Positions 27,825 to 41,445 of a DNA stretch of 64,000 nt are shown piece by piece. The notes under the pieces are model-generated. The model was not told the DNA's origin. It saw only the letters and a program-made list of their open reading frames with translations, and ran no database searches. A program made the translations under genes and the position numbers. The DNA comes from Octopus vulgaris. Taxonomy: Eukaryota. Position 1 is the first letter of the stretch; each line of letters opens with the position of its first letter. Where the stretch lies: contig OX597819.1 in NCBI GenBank assembly GCA_951406725.2, positions 25,172,001-25,236,000 on the forward strand, given 5' to 3'.

Positions 27825-29095
27825 TCATTTTTATAAAATATTGTATTGATTGAATAGAGAATCACTGTCTGTTATAAGTCTGTTTATTGTAGCACTAGGA
27901 TGGTTCAAGAAACTTATTTAACCTATCTGTTTAGTTTAGTATATTCTTGTTAATAATGATGGTGATTATAGTAATAGTAGTGATCGTAATTGTAACAAAA
28001 ATGGTAATGGTATGAGCGATATAGTGGTTAGGAAGGTGGTGGTGGTGGTATTCTGTTTGTGGTGGTTATGAGAACACATAATAATAATAATAATAATAAT
28101 AACAATAATAATAATAATAATAATAATAATAGAAGTGGTGGTTTTGGAGGTGTCAGTAGTTATTCATTGCTTTTGTTGTTGGTGTTATTGTTGGTGTGGC
28201 ATATATTTGTAAGTATCAACATGGTGGGTGTTGGGGGTTGAATATGAATCATAAAAAACAATATGGAAATCATGAATTATCTGTAACTGGTTAGCATCAT
28301 GTACTGCAAGGCTTATAATTGTGTAGTATGGAAGGAAGCAATGGATATGTGTGTGTATGTGTTCATTAGTTTGTTGAAGTCATCATGGCTAAGGTCATGT
28401 TGGACTAGCTCTCTCAGTGTATGTGTGTGTATGTATATTTGTCTACAGACACTATTATGTATGAGAGATACATTTTTAAGGTTCAAGAATTAAACTCAGA
28501 CTCTGACTTTCATTCACTCTCACCTATTCACGAGCAAAGTTCTTGAAAGATCTTCTTCAAACGACAAGAGAAATAACACATTTCACGAGGAATCTCAACC
28601 AAATATGAGGGCCACTGGTTTCATTAACAGGTTCAGTTAAGTAAAAGATTCATAATACTGGAAATTGGTGTTGGTGGTGTTGGTGTCGATGTTGGTTGTG
28701 AAGGGGAAGATGCCAGTTATTATTTCTAGTTAAGGGTTCGTGCTTGCTGAGAACTGACCAATGGAGTGGCTCTATTTTATATACTTCTGTTCAGTTTGCA
28801 GGCAACATTATCACTCTGAACATCATATGTTTGTTTGTTTGTTTGTTTATATCTATGTCTGCATGTGTGTGTGTATGTGTGTATATATGCATATATGTAT
28901 AATATAATGTAATTAGTGTATTGGTCCACCTAAATGTAATAATAGCTATTAATGTACAAAAATGTGAAAAAAAATTTAACATATCTATATAAATATTTAT
29001 ATATACATGTATAGATATATTCTCCACACACACACACACACACATACATATGAACATATACATGCTTTCTTGCTGCATATATTATAAAAGTCATG

Positions 29096-29129
<34 letters not shown>

Positions 29130-29399
29130 TACATGCACATGCATATATAAACACATAAATATTCATCCTATTGGATTCATTCATACAATGCATATGCATA
29201 TATTGACACGGACAAAAATCTCGATGCGTCAATGTTAGAAATATACCTGAATTATAGAATATTGATAATGCATAGATATTTGAACTGTTAAAAACACATA
29301 CACGCACACATATGTACATTTACTCATACACACATATATTTATATTTATGTGCTTTTACACAAACACACACATATACTTAGAGATATTCTGATATACAT

Positions 29400-30068
29400 A
29401 TGTACACCTTATATATATACATATATATATCTATATATGAATATATACATATATATATATATCCATAAGTATATTTGTATGTATATATATATATATAGAT
29501 ATATATGTATATATATTTATATATATATATACATATATATGTATATATATACTTATATATATACATATATACGTATATATATTTAAATATATATACATAT
29601 ATATCTATATACTTATATATATATATATCTATATCTATATATATCTATATACATATAGATATATTATACATATATACATATATATATATACATACAAATA
29701 TACTTATGGATATATATATACATACATACAAATATACTTATGGATATATATATATATGTATATATTCATATATAGATATATATATGTATATATACATTAA
29801 TATATATATGTATATATGTATGTGTATACATATGTATGTATATGTATATATTCATATATAGATATATATATGTATATATACATTCATATATATATATGTA
29901 TGTGTATATATATGTATGTATATGTATCTATTCATATATAGATATATATATATGTATGCGTATATATATGTATGTATATGTATATATTTTTATTTATATA
30001 TACATATATATATATACACACATATATATTTATATGTATGCACACTCACATGTGTGTATATATACATG

Positions 30069-30128
<60 letters not shown>
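29400..30128. repeat. Degenerate (AT)n microsatellite field
   Basis: Direct inspection. Confidence 0.95.
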
Positions 30129-30131
<3 letters not shown>

Positions 30132-31974
30132 ACACATATACACAAATATTTATATAATAAGGATGTACCACTTACAAATGACTCTATAAATTAACTATGA
30201 TATTATTATATAGATCATCCCTATCGACTTTCTAGTTTTGTTCTATGCTCCTTGCTGTAAACTAAAAACAGCAACAAAATCATGTCATGTACAATTAAAA
30301 TATATAACAACAGCAACAACAACAAAAACAATTGTAAGAATGAAAATGACAAAAATGAACAAATAAATGAATGCAAGAAAGAACAATGAAAAAAATTATC
30401 CAAAAGAGACTTGGTTTGGATTGAACCTCCTTGACTTGCAAAAGTATTTTGGAAAATATCCACTCACTTTTGCATCATACCACAAAATTCTACAAGAATT
30501 TACATGGAATTTACATGGCTTATAGACTTTCCTATTGGATTTACTAAAAAAAAAAAAGAAAAAAAGAAATATTCTACAGACAATAATTGCAAACAGAAAT
30601 GGAAATTATCGATCAATACTCTTCTGTATTTATTATTATTATCATCATCAACATTATTATTATTATTATTATTATGGTGATCATGAATTTGTGTTATTCT
30701 TGAGTAATAAAAATTATGTACAGTCAGTCCTAAGGATGGAAGAATTTCTTTATCCAATTTTAGTTCTTGGAGATGGTCATAATTCTGTTTTTTGTTTTGC
30801 TCTCAATTATGCAATGACAACAGAACAGTTTTCAAATATTTCTTTTTGTAATTTTTTTTCCATTCTGGATGCTGCCTGAGCTTATTTAGCAATCAGGCTC
30901 AGCACATTACTGGTTGGTTCTATACTTAGGTATTGTTACTCTTGATAACTGTCTTTACTTTTAATAACCAATGGGTCATTGTGATTTCTAGTGAATACCT
31001 TTGCTGATAAAACAACAATAAGCTTGTATGTAATTTCAACTTCTTATCAGAATCTCCTGTTGTTAAAAAAATGGAAAACATAAACAAAAAAAAACAAGAA
31101 AAAAAAAAAACCGAAATACTAAAACATGTATGGGACAAAAAATGATGCTAAAGTGGAGAGGAAAAATGAATCACAAAAACAAAACGAGAAAAAAACATGA
31201 GTAATAATAATGATAATTAATAATGATAATTATAAGAGAAATAATGAGAAGACATTCAAGAAATTTTGGGATTTCAAATGAACAAATGTTTGTGAATATT
31301 TTTTTGGTATTTTTTTTACCTTGTCTTTTTTTTTGTCTCCTATTTTTATTGAAAATTTACAGAGAGTATTCGACATACACGCATAAATGAACACAACACA
31401 TATCCCAATAATATAATAATACAGCCAAAATACTCTCTAAGCTTTTAAAAGACAATTATAATATATCTTGAGAGGTAATATATCATGAAAGACTGGATAA
31501 AAAAACATGCATTATACAGTTTTACTTAATGTATAAATTATAATTATGATTATTAATTTTATTATTATTATTAATATGATTTTTATTCTAAAAACTGCTG
31601 CCTTGTTTTGAATCCAAGACTGCTGTTTTGTATATTGTTTTCCTTAATTTGTTTTGTTTTGTTGCATTTTCATTTTTTTTTTTAATGGTAATTCTTCTCT
31701 AGATAAATTGCAATAAACATAAAATTCATTACTTGGTGTTGTGATGGATAAACAACTAAAATCTTAGAAAAAAGAAAAAAAATTGAAATGAAGGAAAAGT
31801 GTGTGTATGTGACAATATAACCACAGGACTGAAAATCTGAAAATGTGAAATCTGTAAAACAATCTTCGTAGTAATAGTATGAATTAAGTTTAGGAACCCT
31901 GGTGGAAGGATACACTTGCTTCTAATATATACATACATACATATATATAATACATAATATATATGTATATACAG

Positions 31975-32014
<40 letters not shown>

Positions 32015-32022
32015 TTTTATTA

Positions 32023-32126
32023 ATATTTAGCAGAAGCAACAGAGTGACTCAGAGGCCAAGGGTTTCGTGTGTTGGCACACAAGAAAATCTTAGACCTTCA
32101 GTCACTATGTTGCTTCGGTTAAATAT
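32023..32126. repeat. About 104-bp imperfect palindrome (hairpin element)
   Basis: atatttagcagaagcaacagagtgact...gtgtg ttgg cacac...agtcactatgttgcttcggttaaatat. Confidence 0.85.
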
Positions 32127-32230
32127 AAATAAAAATATACACTTACTCATATTTTTCCTGTTTGTACCAACATACCTACATACATATATATATATTTATA
32201 TATATGTACTTGTGTGTGTATGCACATACA

Positions 32231-32269
<39 letters not shown>

Positions 32270-33927
32270 GTGTGTGTGTGTGTATGTTTGTATATATGTA
32301 CACTCAAACTATGTATCTAACAGCAAAAGAAGTAGGCCCCAATAACATGTAGAAAGTGAGTATTGGATATATATATATATATATATATTTGCGTCTGGTT
32401 GAACATGGGACCGTATCATTTCATAGATGTTTCTGGATTGACACTGATATGAATTGTAATGAAAAGTACTCAATACTCTTAAACTAAGTAGAAGAACTTC
32501 TGTTCAGATTCATGTCAGTATGAGTGGCTACTCAGAGTCTCTTGTTTGCATTTCTTTGACAATGAATGGGAGCAAGAACTTTGGGTAGTGACTTATGTAG
32601 ATTCAATTTTGAAAGGGCATCCTTCCCATAAATATGTGAGTACATAGATATACACACAAACATATGCACAGTCTTTGATTAACATCGTTTATAATACTGT
32701 TCAAAGAAAGCGTTATTAAGGATGATATGGAAAAGCTGATATACTTACATCCTAAAATAAATATGCATATATACTAAATATGTATACATACTGTGTGTGT
32801 ATGTGTATGTATACTAGAATAAAATGATATGGAATGAAAGCACTGTACATCACACTGCTGTGTATATTTAAGCAAAGCAGATTAATATTCTACCACTAGA
32901 TTTATTACTTATTTTTCCATGATGCATGAAGAAAGGTATTATTAACTACAGATCACCAAAAAGGCAATCACTGTATTTCTGAAAGCAAGTATATCATTGA
33001 TTTTAGAATTTCTGTTCAATGTTTAAATTGTTTACCAAAATGACATCAGTGAAAGCCACCCCCACCCCAACCACCACACACACATACATTTTCTCTGTGT
33101 GTCTCACACACACTCTTACATTGAGCTTCTAGATAGTTTTATCTATTTCATTGTACTTGCTAAGTATTTTTCAATTTGAGGGTTTTGTAAAGACACTGGC
33201 TCAAATTCTCTGTGGTGGGATCGAACCCAGAGCTAAGTGGTTGTGGAGTAAACTTCTTAACCAAGTCATGCATGCATCTGCAACTTGATTTGTTCATCAT
33301 GCAGTTATAGTCTATAGAAATAGTTTGGACAAATATTTTTTTAAAAATAGAATTAATCAAGGACTTGTAAATGAGTATGTGCTAGTATATACGTAATTCT
33401 ATGTGTGTGCCCATAAGGATTGTTTAAAAAGATGGTTAAAGAATTGGTCTACCAGATCTAGGGTGAAGAATTTGTGTTAACTGTTAATGTTTCATTGTGT
33501 TACAGAGCAAACACACTTTTAAATCTTTTAGCATTTTTTGATAAGTTAATGAAAGGAGGGTGAAGAGCCATGGTCATTATCTATGCAGACCCTTCCAGTT
33601 TTATTAGATTGATATGGCTGATGTCCAGGCTCAGTGTCTGCAGCTCAGTCCCCCTCCCCAAAAACAGAAACAAACAGAAGTGTTGGGAGGAAAGCAGTGA
33701 TAGGAAAGGGCATGTTTCAAATACTTGTAAGAGCATGAAGTCCTCTAAAGATACTGCTCAACTTGCTTAACTCTAGTGAAGAAATAACAGATTTTTTGGT
33801 GGGTGGGGGGAATATTAACTAATACACTGATGTCCTATCTTTTATGTTTGCCTGACATATTTCCTTTTTGCTTTGAAAATATTTAATTGGATGAGAAAAT
33901 TCATTATTGTAAAATGTCAATGTATCT

Positions 33928-34385
33928 GCTTCACAGCTGAGTTGCTAGACAGTGAAATAAGATACTAGTAATGCACACATAGGTTCACAGATGTGTGGCT
34001 AGGCAAAGGAAGAGGTTCATAACAATGTGCACATGGCTTCATAGTTGAGTGGCTAGACATAGGGACAGGAGTCTAGTGGTGTGTACAGGTTCACAGCAGA
34101 GTAACTAGGCATAGCAACAGGACCCTAGCAGTGTATATATAACTTCACAGTTGAGCTGGTTAGACATAGTAATGGGATTCTAGTAGTGTGTACATAGTTT
34201 CACAGCTGACTGATTAGGCATAGGAAGATATAGGCAGTGTATCCACCTGTTCACAATTGAATAACTGGGGAAGAGGGTACTAGTAGTGTATAATAATTTC
34301 ACAGTTGAGTAGCTATTCATAACAACAAGATCTAACTGTATATGCATATATAAGTGTGGCTTCACAGTTGAATGGCTAGACATAG
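33928..34385. repeat. Diverged minisatellite, about 9 units of roughly 48-63 bp
   Basis: Recurring ttcacagttgagtggctagacatag-like block near 33930, 33984, 34038, 34090, 34144, 34199, 34250, 34298 and 34361. Confidence 0.8.
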
Positions 34386-36678
34386 AAAGAGAAAACATTT
34401 TCAAAACTACTTATTCTCACATGTCATATCAAAATATACAATTTTTTAACAATTAACTTCCATGCTTCAATAGGTGAATTGAAGCAAAACATATAAGGCA
34501 ACATCTGGAATCAGAAGAAACTTGTGTTAGTCAGTGATGGCTATAATTACTCTGTAGGGAAATTCATTGAAGAGTTTGTTAATTTGAATTACTTTGGGAA
34601 ATAAAAGTTCTACATAGCATCATTTGTAGTTTTTTAAGGAAGTGAATTAAAATGTGATGTAGATTCCTCTTTTCTCACAGTAAGTGAACTTACTGAAATC
34701 TTCATTCACTCTTCTATATTAATATAAGTATGGTCATAACTGAATAGTTGAAACCAGTAAAAAATAATGAATGAACAGAAACAACATAGAGTATTAAGTC
34801 CTCTTTAGTTTTGTAGATTACAAGGTAACCCTTCTAGTGCTGGTGCCTTTATGAAATTATAAATTTGTTTTTGGCCATTAAAATCTAATTGGCTTTCTTC
34901 TATTTGCTGCCACCCTGTTTCTGTTTGGTTAATTATTTTAAGGATTAGTTCATGGCACATAAAATATTATTGGAGAAAGAGCATTAGTTGCTTAGAGGTG
35001 TGACATGTGAATAAGCCATCTCACTGGTTATCTTGGTTGTTTTTTTATTTTAATTCCTTCGTGAAATAATGGTGAAAACTATGAAGAAAAAGCAAAGCAT
35101 ATTTAGAACTACCTTGATTTCATGTTTTCAGAATCAGAAATCTTGAATTATTTGATTTTCTTTGAGATTGTGATTAAATTGTGGTTAGATGGAAGTAACA
35201 GAGAAAATCAGAAAATGATGGAATGAGAACATTTGAAGATGAAATATATAAAAAAAAAAAAGACTCCAAAGAATTTCAAGTACAGTGAGAGAAAGAAAGG
35301 GAAGAAAATATGAAGGACTGAGAATGCAAAAAAAAGGCAAAAGCCAAACAAAGCAAGAAATATTGCATTGTAAAAAAAAAAAAATTATATATTGAAAACT
35401 AAGTTAATAGAAAATAAAATATGTACAAAACATGGACATGGAGTCATATGGTTTCTTAGTTGTGTTGGGTCTAAACTATAGCCGGTTTTAATTCATTTTT
35501 GTTTTGTTAATGTCCAGAAAATGGTCTTAAATGACTTTATGGTTGTCTATTTGACTTTTTATCATTATTATATTTTTTTAGTCAAAAGGAAAGGGCAGTG
35601 CCCATGACTGTTTACAGAGCTTTCAAGATTGATGGGAGGGTGGGAGGAAGTTATCTTCAAGCTGGAGATCTGGCCAAATGCTTCCAAAATACATCCGAAA
35701 TACCATGATAATGTGACTAGCACCTCTCAAATGTAAAAGAAATATTGAAATTATTTTCCTATTGATTATTTAAGTGTTTAAAAATGTCCATGGAGTACTC
35801 TTATTTTGAATGCACAAATATATGTTCCAAATATACATGTACGCGTGTGTGTGTGTTAATAAACATATAATTAGAAACAACCTCCTGTATTCAGTGAGTT
35901 TTGTAACATTTAATTATATTGTGTAACCAAATATTATTTAGATAGCTAATCCAAGTCCTTCTGGACTTGACTTAGCTTAACTATACCAGTGTTCACATAG
36001 TATGTATGAATGCAATGAGAAACATAGTTATTATATTTATTGTAAAGGCCATGGGAACTGTGCCTTCTCCAAGACAAAATTATCCAACCATCGTTTTCAA
36101 TGGGAATTTTCTCAGAAATTAGTACTTTGGCAGTATTATATTATAGCATGTCTTGACATAAAATACAGCTGGTTTTCAATTTCTGAGATAACCTGGTGGT
36201 TGAAGTGTTTAGCTCATGATCATAAGGTTATGGGCTCAATTTCTAGTGTGCTTCTTTTTCACATCTGAGTATTTCAGAGGATATTGACTAATATTTCACT
36301 CATCCACCCCCCAACTCCCATTTAACCATACATGTATATAAACTTTGAATTTTTATCATTTTATTTGCATTCTGATATCAAAATTTAAAACAAAAAATAG
36401 GATTAGTCTTGTAAGTGCCACCATTATCTGAATTAACAAATATCTGTCTGTCTGTCTATTGTGTGTGTATGCATACATACATAAAGGAAGAGAAACAACA
36501 TAAGAATAAATGATTATCTTTTGAACTTCATTAGTGTGCAACTGTTTCTGCTGAGATGCAGTGGACTCGGTTGAGTGTCTGAATAGCACCTTATAAGGTG
36601 CTTCATCAGAGCCTCGAATATGAAGTACAATTTATTTGGGAAAGAATTACATTTGTGTCTATACTGGGATTGGCACCA

Positions 36679-36714
<36 letters not shown>

Positions 36715-36715
36715 G

Positions 36716-37027
36716 TGGAGGCGCAATGGCCCAGTGGTTAGGGCAGCGGACTCGCGGTTGTAAGATCACGGTTTTGATTCCCAGACAGGGCCTTGTGAGT
36801 GTTTATTGAGCGAAAACACCTAAAGCTCCACGATGCTCTGGCAGGGGGTGGTGGTGATCCCTGCTGTACTCTCTCGCCACAACCTTCTCTCACTCTTTCT
36901 TCTGTTGGCCTGCCCGCTTAGCCAGTGGGGTGGCATCATTTGAAGGCTAAAACAATGTGAAGCACATTGTGACCAGCGATGTGTAGCAACATCTGATAGC
37001 CTGGTCGGTCACGGTAATCACAGTGAT
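36716..37027 (+). mobile_element. SINE family C, tail type ii
   Basis: Family C head followed by tctgttggcctgc...gaaggctaaaacaatg...gtgaccagcgatgtgtagcaacatctgat tail. Confidence 0.9.
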
Positions 37028-38016
37028 ATATATATATATGTAAATTGGATTTTGTAAAAAAATGCAAAAAATAAAGAAAACGAATGATAGCTATTATACA
37101 TCTATACATGTTGTTATCAACAATCATGTACAAAAAACACATCTGTCTGCTAATATTTACATATTATTTAAAGTAGTACATCTGATCATCATATTGCAGC
37201 ACAGTTGTGTTTGGGGCCTCTACTTTCTATGTTTTAAACTGAACTTCATAATGGCTATAGTAAATATTGCTTCCTTACTCTTGTATTAATGCTAATTAGT
37301 TTAATGCAAGGGGTCAATTTTTAACATAATTTCTATTGAGTTTGTTTTTTCACTTGATTTAGACAAAAATTTGGCATGCTGATTAAAACTAGTTTTCTTC
37401 TACCACTTCAAGTTTTTTCCTGCAGTTTACTATCTGAATAAGGGCTGCTCTGCTGCTTATATTATTTTATTGATAATAGGTATAAAACCATAACCATCAC
37501 TAACAAGCAAGAATAAATTGATAGAAATTGATAGGAATCTATCATGTTTTTAGGTGCCTATATTGTTGAAAACAGACATAAGCATCTCTTCAGCCCTTCT
37601 TCCTGTTGATTCAGGAGAATGTGCATTAAAGATTTTGATTGCTGGAGGAAGAGAGAACTGTCCCAGCACTTGACTGGTACCCATTTTCAGCTGTGTAGGA
37701 ATAAAGTGTCTTACTCAAGGAAGCGATGGAGCCATCCAATCCTGGAATCAAACCTATGACCTCATGATCATAATCCTAACCTTAACTACTGGGCCATATG
37801 CCATCCACATATACTAATTATACTAGTTATATATTAAACCTTCTAACTTTTAAAAAAACTGTTGTCTCCTTAACCCATCCATCTTCATTTCTCAACCTAA
37901 CAATTACATAATATGATATGTACTAACCAACTGACCACCATAATCAAGATACTTATGAAAGAATTTCTTTCACAGTGCCACTCTTTTCTGGTTACTAGTA
38001 TTCTATTATTACTTAC

Positions 38017-38238
38017 TTAACCCTTTTGTTACTGTATTTATTTTGAGAGGCTCTGTGTTTCTTTCAATTACTTTAAATATCACAAAGAATTTAGTAAAAT
38101 AACTTAGTTATCATTAAGCTAGTGTTGGGAACATAAATTGTGACTAAGGTTTGGTGGAAGATTTTAATTCAAAACTTATGAAAACAAGACATTTGTATTC
38201 AGAGCCGGTTTCAGCCGGGTTGGTAACGAAAGGGTTAA
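38017..38238. mobile_element. piggyBac-type MITE, second copy (inverted relative to 19887-20115)
   Basis: ttaacccttttgttac ... gtaacgaaagggttaa; internal sequence is the reverse complement of the first copy. Confidence 0.85.
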
Positions 38239-38570
38239 GCCCTTCTTTCTTGATGGAGTAAAGGCCGTTAATGACTTTTCTCTACAGTTACTGACTATCA
38301 GCTGTCTTTTCTGCTTCTTTCTGTCTAGATTCCTGCTTTTTATTTTGCCGCACAGTATCATATGCTTTTCCCGAGAGAAGGCCTTCCTCTCTCCCAGATC
38401 TTGTTGTTTCTGCATTGTCATCAATGCTTCTGTAACTTTACTTCTCTTTTAGGTAGTGGTTGGTGGCTTTGTGCAAACCCCATTTTTACTTCTGGAAGAG
38501 GTAGTCCATTTTAGTTTGGCCACTATCTTTTGACTTGCCAAGAGCTTGCACTCCATTGGTATAGTTCTCA

Positions 38571-38801
38571 GGCGGCGAGCTGGCAGAAACGTTAGCACAT
38601 CGGGCGAAACGCTTAGCAGTATTTCATCTGCTGTTACGTTCTGAGTTCAAATTCCGCCGAGGTCGACTTTGCCTTTTATCCTTTCAGGGTCAATTAAATA
38701 AGTACCAGTTACACACTGGGGTCGATATAATCGACTTAATCCGTTTGTCTGTCCTTGTTTGTCCTCTCTGTGTTTAGCCCCTTGTGGGCAGTAAAGAAAT
38801 A
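38571..38801 (+). mobile_element. SINE family A, full length with target-site duplication
   Basis: Direct repeat ggtatagttctcagg at 38558-38572 and 38802-38816. Confidence 0.9.
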
Positions 38802-39280
38802 GGTATAGTTCTCAGGATTATTGAGGCACACAAGCCACCAAGGACTGGACCTTATCATGGGATATTATTATAATTGCTGTATATTCTGTTGAACAACATG
38901 GAAAAAAACTGAAAAAAATCATCTAAGGATTTGCTAATTATAGAATTTAGATCTTCATGATAATCTGTTCTGTCAAATTAAAGATTCAAAGTTTTCGTTT
39001 TTTAATTCTTCAATAGCTTTTAGTCATTGGACTGTGGCTATTCTGAGGAACTGTCTTTAAGGGTTTTAGTCTAGCATATCAGTCCTAGTAACTTACATAG
39101 TACATATTTCACTTTGAAAGATGTAAAGTGTAGCATGTCATAAAGGGAGATAATTTGCTGAATTTAAGTGCTGCTACATATTTCTATTCAAATATACTGG
39201 TTATTTACTTGACAAAGATCTAAACACACACACACACACACACACACAAGCACTCATACTATTCATCTGCGAGTCTCTTT

Positions 39281-39981
39281 GGATCTTTTCCTTTTGAACG
39301 GCAGACAATTTCTAGTTAACTAAACACTTTAAAACTTTGTATACTGGTAGAATGTGTCAAAATAAAACATTTTTTTCTCTTGGCTTTCTTGAGAAAATTG
39401 TAAGTTGTTTGTTTAACGTAGTTTAATTTTTCGAATTTTAACCAATCCTATGCGCTCTTTTGAGCTAAAATCATTTGCTGCATCTAAAACTGAGACAACA
39501 TCCTGTAACTAACCCTAACCCTAAATTTTTTTTTCTTAATTGTTAAATTAATTTAACTGTTACGCGTGTAAAAAAAACTAAAGCAATGGAAAATAATTTA
39601 AACAATTAACAAACAAAATAATTCTATAATTTTATACACACGCTTTCCGTTTATTTTACACGTGTAACAGTTAAATTAATTTAACAATTAAGGAAAAAAA
39701 AATTTATGGTTAGGGTTAGGGGGAGGTTTAGGGTTGGTTACAGGATGTTGTCTCAGTTTTAGACGCAGCAAATGATTTTAGTTCAATGGAGGTAATTGAT
39801 TGGTTAAAATTGCCAAAATGCTCGGATTTTCAGACGAAATGTCTTACAAACTATAGAATTTTCTCAATAAAACCAAGAGAAAATGATGTTTTATAAACAC
39901 ATTCTACCAGTATACGAAGTTTAAAACTTTTTAGTTACCTAGAAATTATGTTACAAACTGCCGTTCAAAAGGAAAAGATCC
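39281..39981. mobile_element. 701-bp foldback-type non-autonomous DNA transposon with 8-bp TSD and internal telomere-like repeats
   Basis: TIR ggatcttttccttttgaacggcag / ctgccgttcaaaaggaaaagatcc; TSD gtctcttt at 39273-39280 and 39982-39989; arms complementary almost to the centre. Confidence 0.9.
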
Positions 39982-40904
39982 GTCTCTTTTATTGAGATCC
40001 TTTTGTGCACTACTTTTATAACCCCTCATTATCATGACTGATGATTTTGACTGTACATGTTGGACAACACATTACAAGCTTTCTTATATTATATGTATTG
40101 CATATGCTACTATTGAGATGTTTTCTTTACTAGCAAAAATCACTTTGAGCATGAGTTACTGTAAGTCACTTACCTTATGCACGAGAGAATCTATGTTGCT
40201 CAACATGCAAGAAATGCCAGCACGATCTCTACAGAACACTTGTATTTTGTACAGCCAAAGTTTTTTTCTGTGATTGTTATAATATAAGAATATATCTCTT
40301 TATGGAAGCTCTACATGAGCCAATGAGAATGTCATTATGTGCTCATTCAACCGGCTAGAAATAGCAGCTAAATTACCCTAATTTCACATGTTACCATGTT
40401 TGGAAAAGAAAAATAACATTGATTTGTGTAGTCCTTGATGCATTGTCTGAAGAAAAAAAGACATGTGGTTACTGATGAAAGGCTCTGATCATAAGTCTGT
40501 TTATCTGAAGATCTACTTTCACAATATCGCAGAAACAATCTTCACAGAACATCCTGCATTACCAAATTCTGTTAATAATAACTGTCATGTTAACCTCTAC
40601 ACTAACTTTTTAGACACCCTTATAACTTTAATCCTTTTTGAGTAGTTGTCAGTTAGTCATAGGCTAAAGCAAACAGAATTCCCATTTTCAAAGGCATTCC
40701 AAGTAGTTCAGGTCTGACTATGTGGTGAAGAAACATGCTTTGCAACCACATGGTCCAGTCCCATTGTGCAACATTTTGAACTAGTGTCTTCTACTATAGC
40801 CCCAGGCTGATCAAAGTATTGTAACTAGATTATTTGACAAAATGTGAAAGAAACCCATACATACATACATACACATGCATGCATGTATATATATATATAT
40901 ATAT

Positions 40905-41095
40905 ATCATCATCATCATCATCATCATTTAGCGTCCGCTTTCCATGCTAGCATGGGTTGGATGGTTCAACTGGGGTCTGTGAAGCCAGAAGGCTGCATCA
41001 GGCCCAGTCTGATCTGGCAGTGTTTCTACAGCTGGATGCCCTTCCTAACACCAACCACTCCGTGAGTGTAGTGGGTGCTTTTTACGTGCCACCCA
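40905..41095 (-). mobile_element. Repeat family D copy
   Basis: Colinear with 2022-2200. Confidence 0.75.
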
Positions 41096-41253
41096 CACAC
41101 ACACACACGCACACATATTCATATATCTATGTATAAATGTGTGTGTGTTTTTGTGTGTTTTAACTCTTTCTCTTGACATTGCCTGCTAATCATTAATGAA
41201 GGGTCCCTGTCTTTAAGTGTCATTTGGTCTTCTATAACATGTCTGGCCATCAA

Positions 41254-41445
41254 TGCCCTTTAGCATTTAGCTTATTCAGTCAAATGCTAATGCTTATCTG
41301 CTCACATTCTTTTGGATCAATCTACCATTATTTCATTGCTTCAAGATGTCAATGATGTGATTGTTTATTTTGAGAATGATAATGTAGCATAGAGAGGGAA
41401 AATATTTAGGTTGGATATGACCAGTTTAAATCGCTAAAGGGTTAA
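41254..41445. mobile_element. Degenerate piggyBac-type MITE
   Basis: ccctttagcattta ... taaatcgctaaagggttaa termini. Confidence 0.5.

Noticed and set aside
33928-34385. CRISPR-like repeat-spacer appearance
   Set aside because: Eukaryotic context, degenerate repeats, mutually homologous linkers and no cas genes.
36530-36615. - strand CTGATGA...GAAAC agtt GCA, possible hammerhead
   Set aside because: Triplet is GCA, helix I does not pair and helix II does not close; too degenerate to call.
39505-39725. Telomere or chromosome-fusion relic
   Set aside because: Only 2-3 TTAGGG units per arm, inside a TSD-bounded foldback transposon.
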